From: an uncultured Candidatus Binatia bacterium
GTDB lineage: Bacteria > Desulfobacterota > Binatia > Bin18
Direction of reading: 5' to 3'
NCBI GenBank assembly: GCA_965214605.1
Contig: OZ243961.1
Coordinates: forward strand, 1,504,001-1,568,000
DNA length: 64,000 nt
Within the stretch, counting starts at the first letter, position 1, and every line of letters begins with the position of its first letter. A program made the position numbers and the translations under genes. This document shows, piece after piece, positions 31,252 through 42,768 of the stretch. Below the pieces are notes generated by a model, which saw only the letters and a program-made list of their open reading frames with translations, searched no databases and was not told the origin of the DNA.

Positions 31252-32055
31252 ATGTTACGCGCACAGGTGAACGGCATCGAGTTAGTCTACGAACTGAACG
31301 GCTCGGGCGAGCCTCTAGTTCTGATTCATGGGGCCCAGAGCGACCGTAGTATTTTCGCCGGACTGTTGCCCGCTTTTACCGATCAGTTTCAGGTCTTGAC
31401 CTTTGATCAACGCGGCTCAGGGCAGAGCGAAAAACCCGACATGGAATACACCATCGCCCTGCTGGCCGATGACACAGCGGCCCTTATGGAGCAGGTCGGG
31501 TTTGGTTCGGCTCACATTATCGGTGTGTCAATGGGTGGCATGATCGCCCAAGAGTTTGCCCTACGGTATCCGGCCAAAGTGCGTAGCCTGGTGCTTGGCT
31601 GTACCACATCCGGAGGTCCCAAGGCTGTCCCGCTGTCCGGGGAGGGCCTCGCTAGGGCCTACTCCACCAAAGAAATGTCGGCCGAAGAACGTGGCCGTGC
31701 CCTGGCCGAGGCGGCCTTCACCAAGGGCTATATCAAGGCCCACCCGGAAGTGATCACAGCCATGATTGAGACCCGTCGCAGTCGCCCGATCGATCCCGTT
31801 GGCTTTGGCTCTCGGATGAAAGCCGCGTTTGCCCACGACACCTACGACCGCCTGCCCAATATCTCCTGCCCGACCCTGGTTATCACCGGCAAACAGGACG
31901 CCCTGATTGCCTGGGAAAATTCCGATTTGCTGTCTGAACGTATCCCTGGCGCTAAGCGGGTGGTGCTGGAGCCGGCCGGGCATGTGTTTTGGATTGAGCA
32001 GCCCCAGCAGTCGTATCAAGCTATCCTGAGCTTTTTACACGGACACACAGCGTAA
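31252..32055 (+). CDS. Alpha/beta hydrolase (PcaD-like)
   Basis: LIHG, DQRGSGQS, GVSMGG nucleophile, GH; AAGGAGG RBS. Confidence 0.9.
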   Translation: MLRAQVNGIELVYELNGSGEPLVLIHGAQSDRSIFAGLLPAFTDQFQVLTFDQRGSGQSEKPDMEYTIALLADDTAALMEQVGFGSAHIIGVSMGGMIAQEFALRYPAKVRSLVLGCTTSGGPKAVPLSGEGLARAYSTKEMSAEERGRALAEAAFTKGYIKAHPEVITAMIETRRSRPIDPVGFGSRMKAAFAHDTYDRLPNISCPTLVITGKQDALIAWENSDLLSERIPGAKRVVLEPAGHVFWIEQPQQSYQAILSFLHGHTA

Positions 32056-32065
32056 AGGACGCAGT

Positions 32066-33103
32066 ATGCCACAACGACAGGTGACCAAAGACAGCCAAGC
32101 CCGAACCCTGCGCGGCTGGATGCTGGGTTTGCACGCGACCCATATTGTCGATGTTGGCGGTCGGTTGGGCTATTTTTCAGCCCTCCGCCAGCAGGGTGGG
32201 AGGGCAACCGCGGCAGAACTGGCCGCCACCCAAAACCTCGACCCATGGCGCACCGCGGTGTGGTGCAAAGCCGCTTGCACGGTCGGTATTCTGCAGGCGG
32301 CTGACGGGGGGAATGACATCCTCTATGGCTTTGCTCCGTTCATGGATGAGTTGTTGGCCGATAACGCGTCCGACCTGCTGACCGCACACGTGTTGGCCAA
32401 TCTGGCCCGCGACTATCCAATCTATCCCGATGCATTTCGGACCGGGGCGACCAAGACCTTTCACGACCACGACGAGGATTTTTTCGCCCGGCAGGGACGT
32501 ATTTCGGCGCTCCGCGCTCCAGTCGTGTTGGCAGCCGCCCGGCAGCTGCCCGGCGTTGAAGCGCGCCTGAGTGCGGGCGGCACCGTCGTGGATATCGGCT
32601 CTGGTAGCGGCACGGTCTTGGCCAGCTTTGCCGAAGCCTTTCCAAACTGCCGGGTGATCGGTATCGAGCCCCTGCCCTACTTTGTGGAAAGCTCACGCCA
32701 ACGCATCCAAGAGCGAGGCTTGGAGCAGCGGGTTCGGGTTGAATCGGGCGGTGGCGAGCGTATGGACTTTGACCAAGTCGCTGATCTGATCACTATGGTT
32801 CAGGTCTTTCACGAGTTGCCGGACACGGAAAAAATCACGATTCTGCGCCGCTGCCATCAAGCCCTCAAACCCGGGGGTACCCTTCTGATTGTTGATCGCT
32901 GTGCACCGGAGACCGCCCAAGATATTCAAGACCGACGTTTTAGCATGAGCATCCTAGAGCAGTGGTTTGAGGTCACCTGGGGTAATATTGTCAACACGCG
33001 GAGTGAAATCCTTGCCATGCTCCAACAGACAGACTTCACGGTCAGCCAGGAGACTCCAGATATGGTGCCGACCTATTGGTCGTTTGTGGCGGAAAAAGGC
33101 TGA
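32066..33103 (+). CDS. Class I SAM-dependent methyltransferase with N-terminal wHTH-like domain
   Basis: VDIGSGSG, FHE, ALKPGG. Confidence 0.88.
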   Translation: MPQRQVTKDSQARTLRGWMLGLHATHIVDVGGRLGYFSALRQQGGRATAAELAATQNLDPWRTAVWCKAACTVGILQAADGGNDILYGFAPFMDELLADNASDLLTAHVLANLARDYPIYPDAFRTGATKTFHDHDEDFFARQGRISALRAPVVLAAARQLPGVEARLSAGGTVVDIGSGSGTVLASFAEAFPNCRVIGIEPLPYFVESSRQRIQERGLEQRVRVESGGGERMDFDQVADLITMVQVFHELPDTEKITILRRCHQALKPGGTLLIVDRCAPETAQDIQDRRFSMSILEQWFEVTWGNIVNTRSEILAMLQQTDFTVSQETPDMVPTYWSFVAEKG

Positions 33104-33156
33104 GGACGAGTCTGAGCTTTAGGTCATCTCTCTTAAAATCCTCAAACGGAGCGTCT

Positions 33157-34140
33157 ATGTCTCGCCTTGGCATGGTTGTGTATCACGGTATTGAAAGCGG
33201 GACCGAGCTGGCCGAGTACGGCCGGATTGCCGAAGGAACAGGCTTTGATTCACTGTGGGTCACCGAGCGCTATTTTCACGAGGAAACATTTTCACTGCTA
33301 GGCTATCTGGCAGCCGTTACCCAGACCCTCAAGCTTGGTGTTGGAGTGGTGAACCCGTATACCCGCAACCCGGCTCTGTTAGCCATGGCCGCCGCTACCC
33401 TGGACCGGCTCAGCGGAGGACGCCTAATACTGGGATTAGGCCGCAGTGAGCCGGCGGTTATTCAAGACAAAATGGGCATTCACTACGGCAAGGCCAGTGC
33501 GGCGATGGAAGGCGCGGTCGGCCTGCTCAACCGCCTCCTGTCGGGCCAACGAGTCACCGAAACGGCTGGTCCGTTCAGCCTGGCCAACACCAAACTCTCG
33601 CCCGTCCCAATTCGGAAAACGCCGATTTATCTTGCTGCGATTGGTCGCAAGGGCTTGCGCCTGGCCGGTGCCATCGCCGATGGGGTTGTTCTTAACGCCT
33701 ATGTGCCGACCAGCTATATCAGCTACGCGGTTGAAGAAATTCGCAACGCTGCGCGCAACGCGGGCCGTGACCCGGCTGCGATCGACATCAGCTGTATGCT
33801 CGTCGTCCGCCTGACCAACGATCCGCTGCCCCTCTACCCAGGGCTGAAAAAGCGGCTAGCGCGATTGCTGGACGAAGATTTCGTTGGAGAAATTCTGCTC
33901 GAAAAAGGCGGCTTTGATCCGGGCATTCTAGTGCCCCTGCGGGCAGCCTACCGCAGCCGTGACGAAGAGGCCGCAGCCGGGTTGGTTACGGATGAAATGG
34001 TCAGCGCGTTTTATGTCGTCGGACCGGCCGACAGCTGCAAAGAACGGATTGCTGCCTACCGGGCGGCTGGGGTTGACGCGCCTCTGCTGTTGCCGCGTCT
34101 GGAGGATTACCGCAAGGTGGCCGAGACCCTGCGGGACTAA
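33157..34140 (+). CDS. LLM-class (luciferase/Mer-like) flavin- or F420-dependent oxidoreductase
   Basis: GFDSLWVTE, GVVNPYTRNPALLAM, LSGGRLILGLG, PIYLAA, ADG. Confidence 0.9.
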   Translation: MSRLGMVVYHGIESGTELAEYGRIAEGTGFDSLWVTERYFHEETFSLLGYLAAVTQTLKLGVGVVNPYTRNPALLAMAAATLDRLSGGRLILGLGRSEPAVIQDKMGIHYGKASAAMEGAVGLLNRLLSGQRVTETAGPFSLANTKLSPVPIRKTPIYLAAIGRKGLRLAGAIADGVVLNAYVPTSYISYAVEEIRNAARNAGRDPAAIDISCMLVVRLTNDPLPLYPGLKKRLARLLDEDFVGEILLEKGGFDPGILVPLRAAYRSRDEEAAAGLVTDEMVSAFYVVGPADSCKERIAAYRAAGVDAPLLLPRLEDYRKVAETLRD

Positions 34141-34227
34141 CCCCTGTCAGCCCAGGCTCCGCTCCACCGACTCCCGGCCAGAGCGATTGGCAAAGCCGCC
34201 TTCCCAGCATTTGAGGCTTTCCCCTGC

Positions 34228-35097
34228 CTATGTCTGAGCCCGGTTCGCTTTCACCCCAGCCAAGAAGTCAAGCACAGCGACGCCAAAGGCATCGTTCTGA
34301 TCCCCCGCCACCATATGGCCTGCGCCTGAGACATCCACATACCGGGCGTGCGGAACGGCGTGACGAAACTCATCGGCCGTCTCTTCACTGACCACATCGC
34401 TGATTTTTCCGCGCACCAACAGGGTCGGAACGGTCAGGGCGCGAGCGGCCGCCAGCATACGCTCAGGGTCACGCCGCAGCCGAGCTGGGCTTAACATCTG
34501 GGGGTCCCAGTGCCAACGATAGCGGCCGTCCTCGCCTTTGCGAAGATTTTTTTCAAGTCCACTCAAATTTTTAGGGCGCGGTCGCTGAGGTAGATAGGCG
34601 GCAACATAGTCAGCCGCTTCCTCGAGGTTGGCAAAGCCATTTGGTCGGCCGGTCATAAACGCGCGAATGCGATCAACCCCCTCCTGCTCTACCCGGGGCG
34701 TAATATCCACCAACACAATAGCCGAGCTGACCGGCCCGGACGCCTCACCCTCGGTCAGCAGCGAGGTCATGCCACCCAACGATGCACCGATCAGTACAGG
34801 ACATTGGCTAAAATGGACAAGGATTTTGTGCAGATCCGTTACGTAGGCGTCAATATTATAGTTCCCGTCCGGTGCCCAGTCGCTATCGCCGTGGCCGCGT
34901 AAGTCGATTGAGACCGCGTACCAGCCCCGTTCGGCTAAAGTCCGTGCCGTTCCGCCCCAGGCGTGACGTGTTTGTCCTCCCCCGTGCAAGAGCAGAACAG
35001 GCGGAGCGTCGCTCTTCCCCCAGGCGTCAGCAGTCAGTCTCAGCTGACTCTCGACCTGATAGTGAATCCGTTGTGGAGTGATATCTTGTCCTGACAT
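34228..35097 (-). CDS. Alpha/beta hydrolase (BpoB-like non-heme peroxidase family)
   Basis: LLHGGGQTRHAW, DLRGHGDS, GASLGG, AGHMVAGDQND. Confidence 0.9.
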   Translation of the reverse strand: MSGQDITPQRIHYQVESQLRLTADAWGKSDAPPVLLLHGGGQTRHAWGGTARTLAERGWYAVSIDLRGHGDSDWAPDGNYNIDAYVTDLHKILVHFSQCPVLIGASLGGMTSLLTEGEASGPVSSAIVLVDITPRVEQEGVDRIRAFMTGRPNGFANLEEAADYVAAYLPQRPRPKNLSGLEKNLRKGEDGRYRWHWDPQMLSPARLRRDPERMLAAARALTVPTLLVRGKISDVVSEETADEFRHAVPHARYVDVSGAGHMVAGDQNDAFGVAVLDFLAGVKANRAQT

Positions 35098-35299
35098 GGT
35101 TTTTCCTTAAAGACAGCGAAGTGAGGCGGCAGCCTAACAGGATGGCGCTTCCAAAACAAGCCGTGTAAAACTGAACGCTCAGTCAGCATGGAGTCTAAGC
35201 GGCGCGAGTCTTCAAGCCTGGCTGGAGCGAGTAGACTCAGGGGAGCATGCCGGAAATGGACGGACACGCGAAGCAAGCCCCCTGCCGGCGTCAGGGCAA

Positions 35300-35848
35300 T
35301 CAGAGTAGTGATCGGAGGGGATACCTACAGCCTCTTCCGGCGGAGATAATAGGACAATTCGTTGGCATTTCTCGCCACTGTGACCCATCCTGTTCGGAAG
35401 ACCGGGCTACACGACAGAGGGCTTATATGTTACTGAATAAGGTCGGTATCTCTGCAGGTTGGCAAGATTACTCTGCGTCGGACGCTGGTGAAAGCCACAG
35501 AGAACGGCCGAATTCCGCAGATTTCAGACTATCCACTACATTCATTTTTTTCATAGCATCGCGACCATTCAATAAGTATTGTTGATCCGGCCGCGGAATA
35601 TGACGGAGGTTTGGTCCCTGACGTATTCAAATTACGGGGTACTCGTCGGTCTCTCTGTAAGCTCAGTGATAGCGGGCTGTATAAAGGAGATAATCAGGAA
35701 GCGTGGTTTGCGTCTTTTCTCTCTGGATCAGTTCCCGGCAGCAGCATAGCAGTGAAGCGATCTTTCCGCAGCCAGCGGAAGCTGGTAGACACATGTTCTG
35801 CGGGGCGGATTGGACGAAATACAACGGAGAGCGGTTGAGGTTGGCCAC
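35300..35848 (-). pseudogene. UvrD/REP-like helicase N-terminal remnant
   Basis: GGAGG RBS then MANLN..FVQSAPQNMCLPASAGCGKIASLL, a decayed Q motif plus A.AGxGKT Walker A; the frame breaks afterwards; 3' boundary uncertain. Confidence 0.5.
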
Positions 35849-36027
35849 GATATGCCTCCGTTTCTAATACGAAAGTTGCTTCGTCCCATCACAGAACAAG
35901 GAGGGTATAAGGCCGTCCTTCAAGCACCCACCCACCGGCACAGAGGGACCTCTTGCCAAGTGGCTCCGAGCCGTTCAGTTCTGCACACTTTATTAGTGGA
36001 AACTCGGTCAACCCTCAGCCCGGCTGC

Positions 36028-37791
<1,764 letters not shown>

Positions 37792-37897
37792 GTATAACCC
37801 TCCATGCGTATGATCCGTATAAGCCTGTATGGGCAGCGGCTAATGGGGTAGCCGGGATTCAGGTGGGCGAAGGCGCCGAGAAGAGGGAACAAGGGCA

Positions 37898-37922
37898 CGT
37901 AGGACGCTAGTCCCGTCCTACG
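37898..37922. terminator. Hairpin downstream of the ABM gene (terminator or REP-like)
   Basis: CGTAGGACG-ctagtcc-CGTCCTACG perfect 9-bp stem; no clear U-tract. Confidence 0.4.
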
Positions 37923-37937
37923 CCTAAGGGAGAGGTT

Positions 37938-38234
37938 TTAAGCATCAACCCGATCAAAATACTTGATGTTGGGCGGTCCTTGCAGGGCTTTGCCAAGCTG
38001 TTCCATAGCGCCGGTTTCAGTCCGCCAGTTCAGATATCTCTGATAGTGTTCTTTTGAATCCCAGCGTTCGTAGAATACGAGATGACCAGTTTCATCTAGG
38101 TCCTCATAGATGTCGAGGCCCTGGCAACCGTCATAGGCACGGGTATCGGGCAGCATCTCTTTGAGGGAAGCTTTAACCGTATCCACAGCCTCAGGTTTGA
38201 CGTGCATATCGAGTATAACAACTGTTGTCGCCAT
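37938..38234 (-). CDS. Antibiotic biosynthesis monooxygenase (ABM) family protein
   Basis: LPDTRAYDGC, YERWDSKEHYQRYLNWR; GGAGG RBS. Confidence 0.88.
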   Translation of the reverse strand: MATTVVILDMHVKPEAVDTVKASLKEMLPDTRAYDGCQGLDIYEDLDETGHLVFYERWDSKEHYQRYLNWRTETGAMEQLGKALQGPPNIKYFDRVDA

Positions 38235-38327
38235 TATTTGTCCTCCTGTCGGTTGAATATGCCCCACCGGGCGGTGTCTAGATCTAAGCAAGTTGTCGGG
38301 CGTGTGTCAAACGTGCCGAGCCGCAGC

Positions 38328-38924
38328 TCACGACACAAGCGTCCGTCCCTTCCCAGGCAGGACAACCGACAGTCGATCGAACCGGTGGTCAACCAGTTCA
38401 TCAGCGCGGGCCAGCAGAGCGTCATTGGTGGTGAATTTCTCGACCATGTAACTCAGATCGCTCAAATCGTGGATGAGCAGCTTCACGGCTTGGTCGTGGA
38501 TCCTGTCTTCCTTGACCACCTGAAGCAGATCCACCACCACATCCTCAAGCTCTGAGCTTTCAATATCAATCGCCATCTCAAACGCTCGCTCAACACTGAG
38601 TCCACCACCAACCTCGCGGCCGTAGGCTCTGAGTAGAGAACGGAGGCGGACCACCGAAGACGGATCAAACCACACCTTGCTGCTCTCGGCCACTGCCGGC
38701 TCGCTCTCCAAGACGGCTTCGACCAGAGCTAGGGCACCTAGATGTCCGGCTTCATGACGCGCCATGGCGAACCAGAATCTACGCAGATCGTCCCGATCCT
38801 GAAAAACCTGGGCAAAGCGCGTGTACAGCGTCATCGTCTTCTTTTCCAGACTGACCGCAGTGCGGAGAATGTCTTTCAGCGTAACGCGCTGTGGACGACG
38901 ATGCAGATCAGCTCTCTCGGCCAT
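38328..38924 (-). CDS. Ferritin-like/rubrerythrin family protein
   Basis: AVSLE..TMTLY, MARHEAGH (ExxH), AIDIESSE. Confidence 0.75.
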   Translation of the reverse strand: MAERADLHRRPQRVTLKDILRTAVSLEKKTMTLYTRFAQVFQDRDDLRRFWFAMARHEAGHLGALALVEAVLESEPAVAESSKVWFDPSSVVRLRSLLRAYGREVGGGLSVERAFEMAIDIESSELEDVVVDLLQVVKEDRIHDQAVKLLIHDLSDLSYMVEKFTTNDALLARADELVDHRFDRLSVVLPGKGRTLVS

Positions 38925-39033
38925 GATCAAGACATAGCAGAAGCGGGCGGGAGAGTACAAGGAGACGGAGGAAATAAAAGGGAATGTAGGCCGACTTTAC
39001 AGAGCCCAGAGGTTCGCCGCCCTACCACAAGCG

Positions 39034-39345
39034 ATGGTGGCCACTAGCTCACCGCTGGCCCCGGCGACATTTGCCCTCTATCTCCACAACAACACGCTCT
39101 ACTACATTAAAGAGCCGTGCCAGCCGGAGGACACCACCGCCCGCTTCTTTCCGCACGTCTTCCCTCGTGATCAGGCTGACCTGCCCCCGTACCGACGTCC
39201 GTATCAATTTGACAATTGACACTTCTCTTTTGCTTGGCGCAGGGACTTCTTTGACGGGAAGTGCATGACGCAAGCTCCGCTGCCGACGTATCCGATCGTC
39301 CACATCAAGACCGGCCAGTTTGTGCCGAGCTGTTTCGGGCAGTAG
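39034..39345 (+). pseudogene. Isolated extracellular-type domain remnant with internal TGA
   Basis: Same frame reads YLHNNTLYYIKEPC..RFFPHVFP...FDN*HFSF...FDGKCMTQAPLPTYPIVHIKTGQF; protein-like on both sides of the stop. Confidence 0.55.
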
Positions 39346-39752
39346 AGGCCCCCATCAGTCCGAGGCCGCCCGTACGGTAATTTCGCAATGCCGCGACTCA
39401 GTTCACGGTGGTGCTGGAGATGAAAGGTTTTATCACCTTAATGCCCGCTCGCACTTTCTGCACGGTTACGGCATGTTAACTGACGAAGTTCGAGCAGTGC
39501 CAGCTCTCCATCACCAACCTTCCCCCTATCCTCGGTACTCCTGACCTATTGCTCAATAAGCACCGTAACCACTTTTACGGCATCACCTTTGAGCTGCTAC
39601 TGCTGCTGATCAAGTGGGGCTTGCGGGACAACCGCAACATTCTTCTCCTTTTGCACTTCCTGACCCCACCTCGTCTTTCTCGCCGACGGCGTCTGCTGTG
39701 GCTGACGTCTACCGGCTGTTCGGCAATGGGGTCGCATAAGCCTTTGGGCTGG

Positions 39753-40514
39753 TTATGGCTCGGATCCAACGCGAAGCGTTTGCTGACTCAAGGTGACACC
39801 GTTCTCGGGGTCAAGATTGACAACAACCAAGCTGCCCGTCTCGTGCGCTCCCATGTGTAACGGAGCGGGCGTACCTGGATAACACGCCCGCGTCTGGCCG
39901 TGAGAGATGTCGGTAAAGACGTGTACATGGCCCAAGGCTAAATAATCAAGCTTGGAGGCCGCCACCTCTTCGGGCGTGATCAGCGAAGAACGCATGACTT
40001 CTACGTCATCAACATAAAAGCCGTGGGCCATCCCGATATGCCAGTAATCGCCCTGACGCTCGGGCACACCAGCCAACGGTTTGTAGGAATGGTCGTGCTC
40101 GACCAACCCCTTGCCCCAGACGGTGGCGTGGAGTTCCGGAAACTCCAGGGTTTCCCCCATCTCTGAGGTCAGCGTAAATACATGGGAACCCGCGTCACAG
40201 AAATCGACTTTTTTATAGATCGAACGGTTATCGTAACAGTCATGATTGCCCGGAATCAGGACGACCGGACAGGGCACCCGTTCCAACTCCTTGTAGACAA
40301 ACTCAACGCCCGATTCCTGCACTCGGTTCGAATCGAACAAATCGCCGGCAATCAGAAAGAGATCGGCCTTTTCCTCGGCAACCATATCAACAACTTTTTG
40401 GAACGCGTGCTCGATCCGCCTACGGAAGGCCCGGCCTTCTTGACTTTTACCAAAGGTATCACTCTCAAGATGAACGTCGGACGTGTGAACGAGCTTCAGT
40501 GGGCGACGTGCCAT
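39753..40514 (-). CDS. Metallophosphoesterase, SbcD/Mre11-like
   Basis: HTSDVH, AGDLFD, PGNHD, AHG, LALGHVH motifs. Confidence 0.9.
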   Translation of the reverse strand: MARRPLKLVHTSDVHLESDTFGKSQEGRAFRRRIEHAFQKVVDMVAEEKADLFLIAGDLFDSNRVQESGVEFVYKELERVPCPVVLIPGNHDCYDNRSIYKKVDFCDAGSHVFTLTSEMGETLEFPELHATVWGKGLVEHDHSYKPLAGVPERQGDYWHIGMAHGFYVDDVEVMRSSLITPEEVAASKLDYLALGHVHVFTDISHGQTRACYPGTPAPLHMGAHETGSLVVVNLDPENGVTLSQQTLRVGSEP

Positions 40515-40549
40515 ATATAATCCCTCATCGTTCTGACACCTGTGTCGGA

Positions 40550-41002
40550 CTACGTGGCAGGATTCCGCAGCGGCAGGGTGACGGTTGCCTTACCCGGGGT
40601 CAGGACCTTGCCCTGCCCATTCTCGACCCAGATGTCACACTCCACATGTCCAAGCCCATTTTCTATCCATTTCTTGGTAACCGTGCCCTTGCAGGCTAGC
40701 GGCTCGTTGACATACGCAATGTCACGGTTGGCATACGACATTTTTTTGAGCGTGCCTCCCTCGCCGATCCAGTTGGTCATGAGCTGGGACAAGAATGCGC
40801 CCCGCAGCGGACCGTGGACGATCACCTCCCGATAGCCCTCCTTGAGGGTAAAGTCTCGATCGAAGTGGATGCGCTGCGGGTTCCAGGTCACCGCACTGTA
40901 CAAAAACAGCAGAGTGTTGGATGGGATCTTTTCCAGCCCGGGGAGATGGGCGCCCTCTTGAACCTCTTCAAAATAGACCTGTCCGCTTGGTGTTTCGGCC
41001 AT
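40550..41002 (-). CDS. MaoC/hot-dog fold dehydratase subunit
   Basis: YSAVTWNPQRIHFD, IVHGPL. Confidence 0.88.
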   Translation of the reverse strand: MAETPSGQVYFEEVQEGAHLPGLEKIPSNTLLFLYSAVTWNPQRIHFDRDFTLKEGYREVIVHGPLRGAFLSQLMTNWIGEGGTLKKMSYANRDIAYVNEPLACKGTVTKKWIENGLGHVECDIWVENGQGKVLTPGKATVTLPLRNPAT

Positions 41003-41011
41003 GCCCGACTC

Positions 41012-41545
41012 CTAGCGTAAGATGCTTGCCCCTTTTTCAATCAGGACTATTTCACCCCTCTGATTGGTAAAAGTGGTTTCACGTTGGACAAAGATGAGTG
41101 GTCCAGACCGTCCGTTTTTTTGGTAAATATCCGTAATTTTTGAGCGACCGGTGAGGACATCGCCAACCCGGATGGGCTGCAAAAACTCGACCTCTGTTCC
41201 ACCGTCCATCAGGCGCGGCAGGGGAGTCGGCGGAACCGGAAATTTGCCCTCAAAAGGGAGCCCATCCGGGCGCAGTTCGGTCTCGGGTACTGGCTCGGTC
41301 AGGGGCGCCATATAAAACAGCGGCGGTGCAATCAGACCACCATAGCGACTATTTCTAGCCCTTTCTTCGTCCAAATAGAGCGGGTTCAGATCGTCCGTGG
41401 CCACCGCAAAACGAGTCACGTCGCGACGAGTGACCTCTACCGTCCAGGGTGGGGCTTCACGGCCGATCCATGACCGGATTTCGTCGGTGATCAAAGATTC
41501 AGACTGGGATTCGGGCTCACTCAACATCTGGGACTCCCATACCAA
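41012..41545 (-). CDS. MaoC dehydratase N-terminal-type (hot-dog) subunit
   Basis: RFAVATDDLNPLY, APP, MDGGTEVEF..PIRVGD. Confidence 0.88.
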   Translation of the reverse strand: MVWESQMLSEPESQSESLITDEIRSWIGREAPPWTVEVTRRDVTRFAVATDDLNPLYLDEERARNSRYGGLIAPPLFYMAPLTEPVPETELRPDGLPFEGKFPVPPTPLPRLMDGGTEVEFLQPIRVGDVLTGRSKITDIYQKNGRSGPLIFVQRETTFTNQRGEIVLIEKGASILR

Positions 41546-41645
41546 ACAGTATTACGTCCATATTCCTTAGCAGTCTTCAGGCGTTCAGTCTATGACTCTC
41601 CCGACCGCTCTTGAGACCGGAGGAGAGTGTGGATAGAGTCCCAGC

Positions 41646-42476
41646 ATGATCGAATTTGCCCACAGCTTTTTGCTTATTTTTGCTCAACTGTCGCTTGGCG
41701 GACTGTTCGGCCTGAGCATTCCCGGTTTTCATGAAATTGAACGCGGATTTTTTAAATCAACCGGCTGTGTATATTTGGGCTGTGGCTGGACCTTTTTTCT
41801 GGGGAAAACCTACCTAGTCTTGTCCTTCCAACCCGAGACGTTGTGGGGGGTACGTGGCTGGGAAATCGGGCTGTGGTCAGTCTTTTGCTGCGGGTTTAGC
41901 GTCTATGTCTTCAGCCTATGGGGCGAGGCTCTTGTGTTGCGCGCGCGGGCCTATCTCTCCACGCTTGTGCTCGGGCTTGTCGCCCTGGTGGTAAGCGCTA
42001 GCGCCTATTGTAGCGCACCCTTTGTGTCGATTGAAACGCTTGTTTATCCGCTCAGCTTGCTGCTGTCGGCCCTGATGCTCGGAGCGGTATCGACCGGCAT
42101 GTCGCTCGGCCACTGGTATTTGATTGAGCTTGACCTGTCGCTCGACCCGTTCAAGCGCACCTTCCATTTTTATGCTGGGACTCTCGTTATCTACCTCGGC
42201 GTGCTGCTCGTCGCGATTGGACTGTTGTTGCTGCTCGGCCAGCAGACCAGTGTAGACCGGCTCGCCAACCTGTGGACCAACCATCAAACCCTGCTGTGGA
42301 TGCGGATGGGCTTGGGACCGCTCGCCTCCCTGCCGATTGCCTACATGATTTGGCGGACCTTACAGATTCCGCAGACCATGGCAGCCACAGGGCTATTTTA
42401 CGTGGCAATTTTAGCCGCGATTGTCGGCGAGTTTTTGGGGCGCTTTATCCTGTTTCGGACGACCTTGCCGCTGTGA
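41646..42476 (+). CDS. Polytopic membrane protein of unknown function
   Basis: About 8 hydrophobic segments; MSLGHWYL, SATG-like AATGLFY, GEFLGR motifs. Confidence 0.75.
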   Translation: MIEFAHSFLLIFAQLSLGGLFGLSIPGFHEIERGFFKSTGCVYLGCGWTFFLGKTYLVLSFQPETLWGVRGWEIGLWSVFCCGFSVYVFSLWGEALVLRARAYLSTLVLGLVALVVSASAYCSAPFVSIETLVYPLSLLLSALMLGAVSTGMSLGHWYLIELDLSLDPFKRTFHFYAGTLVIYLGVLLVAIGLLLLLGQQTSVDRLANLWTNHQTLLWMRMGLGPLASLPIAYMIWRTLQIPQTMAATGLFYVAILAAIVGEFLGRFILFRTTLPL

Positions 42477-42486
42477 ATCAGAACGC

Positions 42487-42765
42487 TTACAGATCGTACA
42501 CCTTTATCACCGTTACACGCAGTCCATGCGAGGTCCAGCCGACGTCAAAGCCGACCCGCATCCCCTCAAACAGGAAGCGTAGGTCGCGGCGCGGGGCACC
42601 GAGCAGGGTCACATAGGCAAACACGAACGGGAAAGTTCTGCCGGACTGACTCCGAATCAGCCCGGTCTCATTGTTCCAGGAGATATTGTGGATAACGCCC
42701 TGATAGAATCGATCCGCCTCTCCCCGTTGGTCATGATCGGGCAGGTGGTCCTCATCGTGTGCCAT
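42487..42765 (-). CDS. Small cold-shock/OB-fold-like protein
   Basis: YQGVI...TGLIRS..GRTFPF...LFEGMRVGFDV pattern; starts 3 bp after the ilvB stop. Confidence 0.65.
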   Translation of the reverse strand: MAHDEDHLPDHDQRGEADRFYQGVIHNISWNNETGLIRSQSGRTFPFVFAYVTLLGAPRRDLRFLFEGMRVGFDVGWTSHGLRVTVIKVYDL

Positions 42766-42768
42766 GGT

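Noticed and set aside
39549-39860. 103-aa plus-strand ORF
   Set aside because: Overlaps the 3' end of the metallophosphoesterase on the opposite strand; no RBS or motif support.
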